DNA of 64,000 nucleotides. Origin: Diplonema japonicum (lineage: Eukaryota; Protista; Euglenozoa: Diplonemea). Shown one piece after another: positions 36,928 to 49,000 of the stretch (positions are counted from its first letter, which is position 1; each line of letters opens with the position of its first letter). The translations under genes and the position numbers were made by a program. The stretch is taken from assembly GCA_964019335.1 (NCBI GenBank), contig OZ025693.1:1-64000 (forward strand), given 5' to 3'. The notes beneath the pieces are model-generated. The model was not told where the DNA came from. It worked only from the letters and a program-made list of their open reading frames with translations, and made no database searches.

Positions 36928-37733
36928 TCATGTCAGCACCTCCTCTCGCACCCACTTCACAGACTCCACGATCTCGCCCTGCTGGTCACGGTCCACGACA
37001 CGCTTCCACTTCACAGTAGGGTCGTAGGCTTGATGGGGGACGTTGGAAGGGAGCATCTGACCCCCAGGGCTGGACACTATGTCTTGGTACCCATTGGGCC
37101 TGTTGTACTGGTAGGGGGATCCCCTTGAAAGGGGTGTCGTTGCGATTTGAAGCCCTGTTTTTGTCTCTTTTTTTGTCTCCCATTCATTTCCCATGTCTGC
37201 ATACCTCGGTGTGGTGTCATTTGATTTGCCATGTACCGTGGGTCCTCACGTGCTGTAGCCATGTACCGTGGGTCCTCACGAGGTGCCATGTACCGTGGGT
37301 CCTCACGAGGGACGGATGCAGGGGGGGGTGGGGGAGGCCATTGGGGTCGTTGTTGCGGAGGTCGTGCAAACCCCCCGAATGCATCCGGTGTCTCGAGGGG
37401 CAGCCTTTCGCCTGTTCGGTACTGGTGCGCGTATTGCCCTGGTGTGAGGGCAGGCTGGTGGGGGTTACCCCCGCTTGGCAGGGTGTGCCTACTGTATTGA
37501 TTACTACCCCTAGTACCCGCGAGCGTGAGCCTCAGCAACGCGCTCTTCTTGATCTCCTGGACTTGTTTGTCTATTTCCGGGTTGGTGCTGCTCGCCCCTG
37601 CAGGCACCGACAGTAGATCCCCAGCAACAGGAGGGGGTGCTGCAGGGCCAGGATCAAGCGACAGACCGTTGCCGCCTTCTTTCACGCTGCCACGCATGCT
37701 TTCTGCATACAGGCTTCCCCCTGCCTCGCTCAT
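36928..37733 (-). CDS. Pro-rich hypothetical protein with 3x REDPRYMA repeat; intron 37155-37204
   Basis: A 50-nt GTATGC..AAACAG intron joins the 37077 and 36928 ORFs; tandem 24-27-nt repeat at ~37226-37310. Confidence 0.7.
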
Positions 37734-37862
37734 GGTGACCGCTCTTCCTGTGGAGGCGGTAGGATGCAAAGAACATAAAACATCAAGAAAGCCACACTAC
37801 ACACTACTCTGAACGAGTTAAAAAAAAAAAAAAAAAAAGTTAAAAAGAGAGAACACTCCTCA

Positions 37863-38448
37863 CTAGTTATCGTCTGCGTCTGCTTCGGGTTGTTTCTTGC
37901 TGTCATCCGCTTCCTCGTCTTCCTGGGAGGATAAGGGGGAGTAAAACAAAACATAACAACAAATTATACCATTTCTTCAGGTCTTTCAGGTTCTTTTTCT
38001 TCCTGTTTGGGAGCCTCGGGTTGTGTCTCTTCCTTTACCTGCTTGTCTTCATCCATGTTGTCAACCTTTGGGGCTTCTTCTTCTTCTTCTTCTTCTTCTT
38101 TTTTTACTTCTTTTTCTTGTTGTTGTTGTTGTTGTTGCTGCTGTTCTTCCTCTTCTTTCTGTTGCTGTTCTCTCTCCAATAGTAGTCGTTTTTCTTCCAA
38201 GAATTGCTGCTGCTGTATCTCTCTGTGCCTCCTTCTCTCCTCCGCTATTTTTTGCCGCATTTCGACCTGCAAACAGAAGTTCTCCCCCACCCCCCACCCA
38301 CAACGCAACACACCTGAAGCTTCCGTCTCTTCTTCGCTAACTGTTTCCCTTGCTCTTCTTCAAACTGCTCCAGAGTAGACATGGGTATGCCATCGTACAA
38401 ACCTTGAAGTTCCACAGGCTCCTGAGGGAAAGGAGAGATGCACGTTTC

Positions 38449-38483
<35 letters not shown>

Positions 38484-39060
38484 ATACTTGAAGAAGTTCA
38501 GGAGGTGGGTTTGCAATAGGGATGTTGTAAGGGTTGAGGACCTCAGGAGGGGGGAAGGCCTGGGGGGGCATCATGTCTCCTCGTGCTCCCTTGCCACCCA
38601 TGCCCATGTTCATCCCCATGCCCATGCCCAGTCCGTGGTTGGGTGGCCCAGTGTTGAGGAAGGAAGCAAAACCACCGAGGCCGCCCATAGGAGACATTTG
38701 ATGGGAAAAATTTCCCTTGAACCCTCCCTTCCCGCCTTTCATCCCTTTCATCCCCTTTCCGAAATCATCCCCTTTGAACCCGCCTTTGAAAAACCCTTTA
38801 CCTTTACCCTTGCCCTTGAAATGGGGCGGATGTTGTTGGTGGTGGTGGTGTGGTGGTTGTTGTTGTTGCTGTGGGTGGTTCTCTTTTTTTTCCTCTTTTC
38901 CTTCAAATTTGTAACATACCATCACATCCCCGCCGGGTGGTGGCGGTGGGGGTGGGGGCGGTATCCCCTCACTTCCTGCAGGTACGGCCGGGGGCTGTAT
39001 TGGCATTCCACCTAGATCCCCCAGTGGCGGTGCCGCCAGACTACCAATATCCATGTCCAT
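37863..39060 (-). CDS. Low-complexity Pro/Gln/KG-rich protein with coiled coil; introns (donor 38919), 38422-38487, 38267-38313, 37923-37969
   Basis: GT-AG introns give a continuous frame ending EDEEADDSKKQPEADADDN*; KGKGKG and KGGKGG boxes. Confidence 0.7.
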
Positions 39061-39651
39061 GTGGCGTGCACTGTTGGGGTAGTTTTCTTCCTATGGAAGT
39101 GTAAAAAATGAGATAAAGAAGAAAGAGAACAACTTTTTTTTCTTCTTTCTTTTTTTTTTTTTTTTTTTTTTTGGCATTTATTCCTAAAAGCAACGGGGGA
39201 AAAAAAGATTTGTTTGGCGCTCACATGTGTGCGCACGAGCGGGGGGGGGGGGGGGGGGGGAAGAAGCAAAAAAAATAATAAGAAAGTCACACTTTTCTTT
39301 TCTTTTCGTTTCTTTTTTTTTTTCACAGCATGCACGTTATACCGAGACCAATCGTCTTATTGGTCAAACTTGGTCAAAAATATTTTGGTATTTTAGTACC
39401 AGTAGATGTTTTGCAATGCCTGTTTTTTTTTTTTTTTTTTTTTTTTTTCTTTTTTTTTTTTTCTTTTTTTTTTTTTTTTCTTCTTCTTTTTGACATCTCA
39501 AAAAAAAAAAAAAAAAGAAAAACGCTACGGTTTTCGATACAACGTGTACGCTATGTATTCTTTCTTTTTTTTTTCTTCTCTTTTTTTTTTTTTTTTTTTT
39601 CTCTTCTTTTTTTAAGGTTATTCTTTTTGAACAAAAAAAAAACTTTTTTTT

Positions 39652-39846
39652 GATAATTCCGGTGTGCGGGTGGGTGCTCACCGTTCATGGAGAAATTCAC
39701 ACTAATCGGGGAGAAGAGTGGTCTCCTGTCGTAGCCTCCTGTCTCCTGTTGTCTGGCCTCAAGATGTCGTAGGTACACATTGTCTTTGCGTTGGCGGGGA
39801 AAGACAACATTCTGAATACGTCCTAAGATGTATCGCATCCTTCTGG

Positions 39847-39848
<2 letters not shown>
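39652..39848 (-). mobile_element. Internally deleted, diverged 3' fragment of LINE family 1
   Basis: Encodes RMRYILGRIQ..GYDRRPLFS and shares the 3' hairpin region with 43948-44280. Confidence 0.8.
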
Positions 39849-39892
<44 letters not shown>

Positions 39893-39964
39893 CGCAAGAT
39901 TTTGAGGGGGCAAAAAAGAAAGAAAAAAAACATTTTTAGTACGCCCCCTCCCCCCCCTTTTTTT

Positions 39965-41768
39965 TCATCCAAGTCCAACCCTTTGCTTGCGATCAAGGCC
40001 AGCTTTAGTGAAAGCCAGGGCGCCAGGTAGTACCATGTCGCCACTGAGGACAGATTTTCTTTCCGATTCGGGAGTCTGTTAAGGTGTGTAAAAAAAAAAA
40101 GAATCCATACAAGATCAAATGCATGTTTGAACTTCCAGCAGCATAGGATGAACTCATCTGCGTTCTGTAGCTTCTGGAACGCCGCCCCAACCTCAGTGGC
40201 GGACTGGGAAAACAGATGCCCGCCGATCCCGAACAAAATACCAGCTGCGGCGCACCCAATTGCATTCCGAGCAGCAGCACACCCTCCAAGAGTTGCAGCA
40301 GCCAGGGCAGCTGGTACCACGCCTTTACACAAACCTTCCTGTCCGTCTTTCATCTTTTCAAGCAGTTCCAACCGTCTCTCCTCGCAATCGCTCACATGAG
40401 GGACCACCTCCTCTGCCCTGTCTCCAACAAACAGCCATTGGTACACATACTGAATGTGCCTGCATATTTTATTGCTTGGGCAGTTGCACACGTCCATCAT
40501 CCTGTGTGCCTTCCCGCCTGTTGCGCTGTTGCTGCCGATCATCCGCCTTCCAAAGACACCTAAGTCCACCGTGTACATCACCTCTTTGTTCGACTGGCTC
40601 TGCAGCATGATGCGTTCGCTGAATGGATCCGTGAGGTCCGCCTTGATGTACTTCCGGAAGGCAAGTGTTGTGTCGTCTGGAAAAAGAATTTCTTTTTTTT
40701 TTTTTTTTTAAATCCATTCATACTTTGTTGGTTGTTAAAAAGCGCTCCTGCAACACGGTAAACAGACAAAGCTGCAGAAACATGTTTCTTCATGGTGAAA
40801 GCTTTGAGCTCTTTGACGGACTCAGTGAGGTCGGTGCCTCGCTGAAGGGGTTGCAGAAGGCCTTCGCCAGTAATCCACCGGTGCTTAAGCGCTTCGGCGG
40901 CAGAAGGCCGGTGAGTCGGGTCCTTGGTGAGGAGCGAGGATATGAAGTGCTTCGCATCACTAGAAACAGCATCCCACACAGAGGGCGAGGGGAAACGGAT
41001 CCCGTTGTTGAGAATCTGTTGGAACAAAGAAGTTCGGGAGGTGCCTGCAAAAGGGAACTTCCCGCTCAGCATCACGTACAACACCACACCCAACGACCAT
41101 ATATCACACTTTGTATCGTAGTGGCCTGACTTTTTATTAAACTGCTGTCCGAAGGTTGCGGTGATAACCTCGGGGGCAAGGTAGCAGGGTGAACCGCAGG
41201 TTGTTTTCATGGGAGGACGGCATGCTAGTCCAAAATCAGCAATTACAACTTCGGTCATGGCTTTCATGTTGTCGGTGGTGTCGCTCATTTTGTTTTTGAG
41301 TAGCAGGTTTTCTGGTTTGATGTCACGATGTGCGATACCTGCGGTGTGCAGGTAGTCCAGGCCTGAGAGCAGGTTGCGAACTGCTTCGGCTGCCATTTCT
41401 TCGGTGTAGTGCCGCATCGCGATTATTCTGTTGAACAGTGTCCCGCCGTTGACCCTGTTCATCACGATGATAATGTTTTCGTCGCCCTCGTAGTTTCCGT
41501 ACAGGTAGATGATCCCTTTGTGGTTGAGATCCCGCATGATGTTCACCTCGTGCCAGATGTCCTTGAGCTCTCCTATGCCTGCCCTGCTTTTGTCTACTAG
41601 CTTCACGGCGAATTCTTCGTTTGTTGTGTTGTTCGTGCAGAGATGCACCGTTGCAAAAGCGCCTTCTCCTATTTTATTGAGAATCGTGTAATCCCGATAG
41701 AACGCATCCTCATTCCCCACCACCAATGGTTTCCTCTCAGAGATGGCCTTTTTTATCAAAGCTGCCAT
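39965..41768 (-). CDS. CAMK-group protein kinase fused to a SWIM zinc finger and a hydrophobic hairpin (possible lipid-droplet-kinase-like); introns 40677-40723 and 40076-40110
   Basis: GEGAFA, FAVK, HRDIKPEN, DFG, CGSPCYLAPE, DIWSLG; splicing joins the kinase to CNCPSNKICRH (SWIM CxC..CxH) and an Ala/Gly hydrophobic segment; ~573 aa. Confidence 0.85.
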
Positions 41769-42115
41769 TTTTTTTTTTTTTTCTGTTCTGTCCCCCACAG
41801 ACTTTTTTTTGAAAGAAGTAATTTGCGGTAACTGTTAACGAGAAGAATATTTAAAAAAAAAAAAACACTTAAAAAAAAGAAATTTTTGGAAGGGGGGGCG
41901 AGGGGGTATTTTCTTTTTAAATTCTTTTTTTTTTCTTCCTTTTTTTTTGTTTCCAAAAAAAAAAAAAAAAAAAAAAAAGAGAGAGAGAAAAAAACTCTTA
42001 CATAAGTCCCCCTTTGTTCCTTCTTTCTTTTTTTTTGTTTTTTTAAAATATTTACACAAAACTCCTTTTTTTTCCTTCTTTTTCTTTTTCAGGGGGGGGG
42101 GTACATTCAAAAAGC

Positions 42116-43852
42116 TTATTCAGCCGTTTCTTCTTCTTCCTCCTCCTGTGATTTCAGTTTTTTTTTTTTTCTTTCTCCTCCCCCTTTTTTTTTTCACACC
42201 TTTTCATCTTCCGAATCCCCTTCTTTGGGTTCCTCCCCACGAAGGATTAGCTTTTCGAACATAGATGCTGGATCTGCGACCTCCTGCAAATCGTCGGTTT
42301 CCTGCAGAACAGGGGGCGGGAGGCGAGGCGCAAAGGCGGGGTCCGTTGACTTTAAACCATCGCCGAAATAAACACGACCGCTGGTGTTGCCAGATGATGC
42401 CCAAGAGCAGGCTCCGGGCCATCTCAAGGATTTGACTACCACCACACCGTGCTTGTGATACAGGTTGTTCGTGACTTCAGCTTTCCAAGCAGGGATGGTG
42501 AGCTTCCCTGGGTTGTCTTCTTCTTCTTCGTCTTCCTTGTCCTCTTCCTCTTCCTTTTCCTCACCCTCACCCTCTCCATCTTCATCCTCTTTCGGTTCTT
42601 GTGGTATTTTTATGGTCGCGTACTTAAGGTCGCCCACGACAGCTTGCAGTAGTTCCTTCTTTTCTTCTTGTTCTTTCTCTTCCTCTGCCTCGTCTTCCTC
42701 TGCGGCTTCTTCTTCTTCACCTTCAACTTCGGGTTTCGGTGGCAGCATGGTGCCTCTTCCAGTTTTGTAAATGTACATATCTGTGTGGACCCATTTCTCC
42801 CTGCTGGCCAGTGATGCTATGCCATCGTCCAACGTTATAGGCTTGGGTTGTGTTGTTAAGGGTTTGTACTTCAAGGGCCGTGTTTTGGGTTTGTTCTCAT
42901 CGTCTTCTTCTTCTTCTTCATCGTCGCCTTCGTCCTCATACAGTTCGACCTCCCCCTCGGGCATGATGTGAGTAGCTGCGGTGATCCTTGCAAGCTGTGC
43001 ACGAAGATAATTCGCCTCCGTACCAGGAAACGGCGGGTAACTATGCACGCTGCGGGTCAGGTCTCCAGTGAAATATTTTTTAATTTGCTTCGCGGTGGTT
43101 ACCTGTTGTGGGGTTACATCGGGAAGGGGCTTCCATGTTGCACCAGCGTATTCGCACACCCAATACGTGACTCTGTTCAAACCGACACCAGGCGGCTCGG
43201 TCTGTATAGGTACCTCGACGCCCTTCCTGGGAGGTCGTGCCATCGCGTACTTTTCCTCCCACATCTCCTCCCCTTCAGAAAGGTATCTTTTCGAGCAGGC
43301 TATGATGTAATTCTTCTCTGTTCCGAATATCTTCCCCCAGAAGGTAACGTCATCCACATTAAAGTCCATCGTGAGCTTTGTGAGGGCCTGTTGGATCATT
43401 AAGTACTCCTTTCGAGGTAAGCCGATACCAGCCATTTTGTGGTATTTAACGTCTTCAGAAAGAGGGCGGCATGGAGGGACGACAAGGGGTTTTACTGTAG
43501 TTGTGGTGACGGTTGTGAAAGGGGTTGGTTGATGGACTTCTGTTACGACCTCTGGTTCTGGGAGGGTGAATAAAGCTTGTTCTTCTTTTGCTCGTTTGAT
43601 GTCACGCTCGTCCACATCTGGTTTGGAGTATTTTATACCGCAGTCGGACTTCATCGGGTCGAAGCGTTGCTTCTTTATCCCTTCGCTAAACGCCGGGAAG
43701 CGGTTGATGTTTCGGCCGACACCGCCGGGGTTTTTTTCCACAGCGCTTTGCACCATGTTTACAATATGATCATACACACTGTAGCCTCCTTCTCCTGCTT
43801 TTAATAGAAACGCTTTCGCTTTGTTGAACTCATCTCTGTTTGATGTGCTCAT
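42116..43852 (-). CDS. RSP4/6: Flagellar radial spoke head protein RSP4/6; intron 42146-42199
   Basis: FWGKIFGTEKNYII, LPDVTPQQ..IKKYFTGDL, YPPFPGTEANYLRAQLARITAAT, VKSLRWPGA, YFGDGLK. Confidence 0.93.
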
Positions 43853-43947
43853 TTTTTTTTTTTTTTTGTTACTTTTTTTTTTTTTTGTGATAATGTGAAT
43901 ATTGTCTTTTTTAAAGAAAAAAAAGAAAGAAAACAAAAAAAAAAAAA

Positions 43948-45951
43948 CTCGATAAAATTTCAGTGTGCATGGGGGTGCTCACTGTTCAGGTAGAAATTCA
44001 CACTAATCGGTCACCGTTCTGCGGTTGCTGTCTGGTGCCTGCGGTGGCTGTTTGTCGCGATGAGATGGACGGCATCTGGGCGAGAAACACTGCTTGGAGT
44101 CGTGCTAGGTAGGGGGGGGTTTGGCTCGAGGAGAAGAGTGGTCTCCTGTCGTAGCCGTGTGCCGTCGGGCCCCCAAGATGTCGAAGGGTATGCACCCTTG
44201 ATTTGGCGTTGGCGGGGAAGGCTGACCTTCCACAGCGTGCTGAGCATTTCTGGATGCGACCCAAGATGTATCGCATCCTTGCGGCCTTCTCCGTGAGCAG
44301 GTCCTGATCGTCGAGGGGACCTATGAGTGACCGGCGGGTGGTCTGCTCATAGTCTATGGCGAGTTCCATTGTAGTGACGGAAGTTTTCTTCTTACCATCG
44401 TACCATCGTAGGCCTCTTAGCCACTTGAGGACGTTCTTCAGATGAAAGGTCAGGACCGCGCCTGACGCCCCGTTCGCCTTCAGCAACGCTTCCGTCGGAA
44501 CATCATGTTGCCTCCCTGTCGTTACCTCATCCCAAGGGTTGGAGGTGAGCACTCTCTTGCTTTTTTCCGCTGCTCTGGCGTCACGGACCGTCACTACTTT
44601 CAGGAGGTATTGTTGCACCATCCTGGCACGTTCTTTCCCTGCTTTGTCGGCTCCTCTTGGGACTATCCCGTGAAGGGCTGTGGCAGCTGGGAGGCCTTCT
44701 CGCTTCACCTCTGCGTATTGCTCGCTTTCCAACACACTCCTTGCCGGCTCGCACTCCCACAGTGCATGCTCCGTCATGCTGGTCGTTGTCTGGGACCGGT
44801 GGTCGCAAACGTCACACGCTAATGCTGGGTTTTCCACACCAGGGCCATCCAATTTTCTCCCCCACACCCTCGGGTGAGTCGTGAACACTGCACCACTAAT
44901 GATGCGCCGCAACCTAAAGGACACCAACGGTCTCCGGGCCTGGAGCTTTTTCCACCAATAGTTCGTGGACGGGCACGCCCCTGCCTCCATCCCCACGAAG
45001 GTTGATCTCTTCTCGATCAGCCTCTTCGCAACTGCCGGTCTGATGGCTTGCCTCACTTTGTGAGCCACCGCTGTATCTCCGTGCAGGTCGGCCACAAAGG
45101 ACCATCCCTTCCCCAGAAAGGGGAGCCATCTGTTCCGCAGGACTCCAATCGGACCCATCACCTCATCGTCATCACGGTCCTGGTATAGACCAATGATCTC
45201 ACCAACACGCTGCCGCAAACGCGGAGAGGCCAGGCTCTCCCGGACCAAGCTGTTTATCGTTCCGTAGATGACCTTCGACAGCGGATGTGCCGTATGCCCT
45301 GGCAGCAGAACGCTCAGTACAGACACGGGGTTTCTCATCCCGAACTGGGGGCCCCACAGGGAGACCACTGCCGCTGTACACATCTTCTTCAGCTGGTCGT
45401 CCGAGGGTGCCGCATACGTTGCTCCGTACAGACACGACGGTAGCACAGTGCTCGTCAACATCGTCGACTTGTTCTCAAACCCTAGTGGCAAAGCTCCGAG
45501 ACGGGTCAGGCGTCCCTCCGCTGCGTCCAGCTTGTCCAGCCTGTGATTCCCATCCATGCTCAGGTTCACGCCAAGTGATTTGATCTCCCCAGCTACCTTG
45601 AACGAGGAACCGGTGCATACTAAACTAGGGCCGATCTCGTTTTTCGTCGAGAATCCCTGCGACTTCTTTCCGTTGAGGCGCATCTCTGTCCGGTCCCCGA
45701 ACTCGATCACCTTGTTGGTCGCCCTTGTCAGGACCTCCGCTAAACGCGCCAGGAGGTACACGTCATCCGCGTACGAAAGTGACCAAGCTCCTGGTACTTC
45801 CGTCATCACGCACTTCACCATCACCGACACCAAGGCGTTCACCATGATTACCGAGATGGGGCACCCTTGCAGGATACCATTCGTCACTCGGAACTCTGAG
45901 CCAACACCTGTCGGGAAACGGAATCGCCGCTTCAGGTTCGCATACATATGG
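43948..45951 (-). mobile_element. 5'-truncated non-LTR retrotransposon (LINE family 1) with an uninterrupted partial RT ORF
   Basis: GILQGCPIS and YADD RT motifs, zf-RVT-like CDVC..EHALWEC, C-terminal WLRGLRW..MELAIDY; ~650 codons open to the stop at 43998; short 3'UTR with hairpin, then T-tract. Confidence 0.92.
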
Positions 45952-46470
45952 AAAAAAAAAAAAGATTGTGTGGGTGAGGGAGAAGAGAGAAAGGAGAGGG
46001 AAAAAAAAAAAAAATGAAAAGAAAAGAAGAAGAAAAAAAAAAAGGAGTAAGGAGGGTGCGAAGGGGGGAGGGGACCGTACAGGAAAAGAAATGGGAGCAA
46101 AAAAAAAATTCTTTTTTTGGGGGGAGTTTTTATTCCTTCTTTTTTTCTTCTTCTCTACATTTTCTTTTTTTTTTTCTCCCTCCCTTTTTCGTCTTACTTT
46201 TTTTTACCCCCCCTTCTCTCCTCCATAAAAAAAGGAACATCATTTGTTCCTCCCCCTTTTTTGTGTTATATTTTTCTTCCTTTTTTTTGTTTTTGCATTT
46301 TTCTTTTTTGTTTTTTTTTTTTTTTTTTTCTCCCGTAAAGAAAAGGGGGTGGGAGGTAGAGAAAACAACGAGATGACACAACTGGAAAAAAAAAAGAAAA
46401 AAAAATTAAAAGTGCCCTTTCGTGTGTGTGGTGGGGAGTATCTGTTAATGGGGCAAAAACGGGGAAGGGA

Positions 46471-46510
<40 letters not shown>

Positions 46511-47212
46511 AAAGGGGAAAGCGGCAACGTTAGGATGGGTAAAAAAAAAAAAAAAAAAAAAAGCCGTCTTCTAACGAGGCTTTTTAAATTTATCCCAAAA
46601 AGAAAAAAAAAAAAAAAAAAAGGAGAAAAAAAAACTACACACCCTCTCACGTCCACCCCCCATTTTTTTTTATACATTTTGAAAACCTTTTTGTTTCTCT
46701 TTTTCTCGCACCATGTTTTCTTTTTTTTTTTTTAAAAACCAAAAGATATTTCGCCATTTTTGTCGGTTTGCACTGGAAGAAAAATTAACGACGATTAAAA
46801 AAAAACCACTATGGCGGGGGAGGAGTGTTGGCAACAGCCTACCAAGAAAAAAAAATTAAAAGTACGTGCTCGTTGCTCCCATCGTTAAGTTGCCAAAATA
46901 AAATAAATCTGTTCAACCCTACCCTTGTCCTCTCTCCCCCCCCTTTTTTTCTCGGTTTCCTTTCCCCCCCTAAAATATGGGATTGTCACTACACTATTTC
47001 TTTGCCTCTACTTTTAGGAGGGGCTGGGGGGGGGGGGGGGAAGAGAAACAAAAGAAGAACCCCCCCCCCCTTTTTTTCCTTCTTTTCTTTCTTCATTTTT
47101 TTTTTATAACTTTTTCTATCTTCTCCTTTTTTTTTTTTCACTTTTTTTTTTTCCAATACCCATAATTCCAAAAAAAAAAAAAGAAAAATCTCGCAGAAAG
47201 ATTTTCTACCTT

Positions 47213-47243
<31 letters not shown>

Positions 47244-47303
47244 CCTTTCGTTCCCCCAGGTATTTCATATATGTTTTTATTATGGAACACACCCTCTCCT
47301 CCC

Positions 47304-48347
47304 TTAGTTGGTACGCCCTCTCCCGCCTCTGCCACCTTTGCATTTTTTTTTCTCTTTTTTTTTTTTTTTTTTTCCAATACCTTTGTAACCCTTTCCAGAC
47401 TTACCGCCTTTCCCACCTCTACCCTTTCCTCCCTTGTTCTTCCTTTCGTACTCCTCTACTGTTTTGGAGCCGAAGGTGGCACAGTCCATGGCGTGCTGGG
47501 TTTCTGCGGCAACCTTTTCGACCTTCTCCCTGTTGTTGACGTCATATGTGAGGGTGTCGAAGAAGGAGCTGTCCTTTCGGTACTTTGCGTCGGCTTCTTT
47601 GGTCTTATCCGCCTGGTCTTCTTTCTCAAACTTCGACGATGCTGCGAAATCGAACTCTTCTTTGAATTCGTCGAAGTCGATGCCCTTTCCTTCTGCTGAG
47701 AATTCCATCCCGGTGTGCGTAGAATAGTTCATGTAGCCACCCTTCCCCTTTTTCCCTCCCTTCTTGCCTCCCTTTTTCCCTTTTTTACCCTTTCCACCCT
47801 TGGAGTAACTGCCTTTGTGTCCTGAGTTCTTACCACCGTAAAAGGGTTGCATGTATTGCTGTTGCTGCGGGACGAAAGGTTGATGTTGGTGTGATTGGTG
47901 GTGGTGGTGGCCCAGCTGCTCAGCCATGACAGCCTTCATGTTGACCCCTCCGGTGCTGTTAGACTGGATTCCCTCGCTGACCCTGCTTTTCCCAGGGAGG
48001 GCTTTACCTGCGCTAAGGATGGCGGGGTCCTTGGGAGGCTGGTCCTTGTCATTGAAGACGGTGAGGTCCTTAATGTCGCCACCCTTGAAGATGATGTAAT
48101 CGTACACTGTGTGTGTTTTTTTTTTTTTTTTTTCCAATACCAGTATCCGATTCAGGGATGTGTGTGCGAGCTTCCCTGTTCTCCGTGCCGAACATTTTCA
48201 CGTTCACCAAGGCCACGGTGTTCTCAGTTGGGTTGATTTTCGACAGGATTCCTTTTTTTTTTTTTTGAGGGGGTGTTTTGCCATACCTTCATATCTAATG
48301 TTGCATTTGCTTATAATAGATAATTTATGCCCCTGTGCCATCGCCAT
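47304..48347 (-). CDS. SCD6: Scd6/LSM14/RAP55 translational repressor; introns 48252-48286, 48107-48140, 47336-47380
   Basis: Spliced Lsm domain LSIISKCNIRYEGIL..FGTE..YDYIIFKGGDIKDL; FDF, FFD and TFG boxes; KGG/RGG tail. Confidence 0.92.
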
Positions 48348-48436
48348 TTTTCCTTTTTTTTTTTTTCTTGCCCCTCCTTTTTTTTTTTTTTCTCCTTTTT
48401 TCCTTAAATTTCTGAAGTGGGGGGGAAAAAAAAAAA

Positions 48437-48640
48437 ATGAGTTAAAGGAGGCCGGTGTTGGCGGCGCCCTGCACAAGAACTGTCTACTTGATTACAGGGG
48501 GCGCGCCGCGGCCGAGTTGTAGCTTCTTCTGCGTTCCGCGTCGTGTCCTTTATGCGTGCGGTGTACAGCTCAACCCCAGCCGGTGCGTCCCGGGTAACCA
48601 AGATTCTGCGCTCGTGCAGTTTGCTGCCTGTTCGTCACCC
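48437..48640 (-). mobile_element. SINE-like repeat, copy 2 (tail type B, 5'-truncated)
   Basis: Near-identical to 59474-59677; ends ~90 nt upstream of the SCD6 ATG. Confidence 0.85.
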
Positions 48641-49000
48641 AAAAAAAAATGTCGGGCTGGCAGATTCCTTGTCGTAGTTAGTTTTCTTTTTTTTTTTTCT
48701 TTCTTCTTTTCCCACGTAAAATGGGGGTCCTTACTCCAGCTCCAGCACAAAAAAAAAAGAGTACAAAATTTAATCATTTCTTTAAAACCATGTTGCATTT
48801 TGAAAATAGGAAAAAAAGTGGAATAAAAAGGGGGGGGGGGAGGGAGCAAGACACAAAAAAAAAAAAAAAAACTGTATTTGTGTGTTCAAAAGAAATAATT
48901 CCATTCCTTTTTTTTTTTTTTCTTTTTTTTGGTTCTATTATTCTATGATCAATACCCCCTCTCTCATTCCTCCTTTTTTTTTTTTTTTTTTTTTTCCTTT

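Noticed and set aside
37226-37310. Regularly spaced direct repeats (CRISPR-like at a glance)
   Set aside because: In-frame coding repeats (REDPRYMA) with no unique spacers and no cas genes
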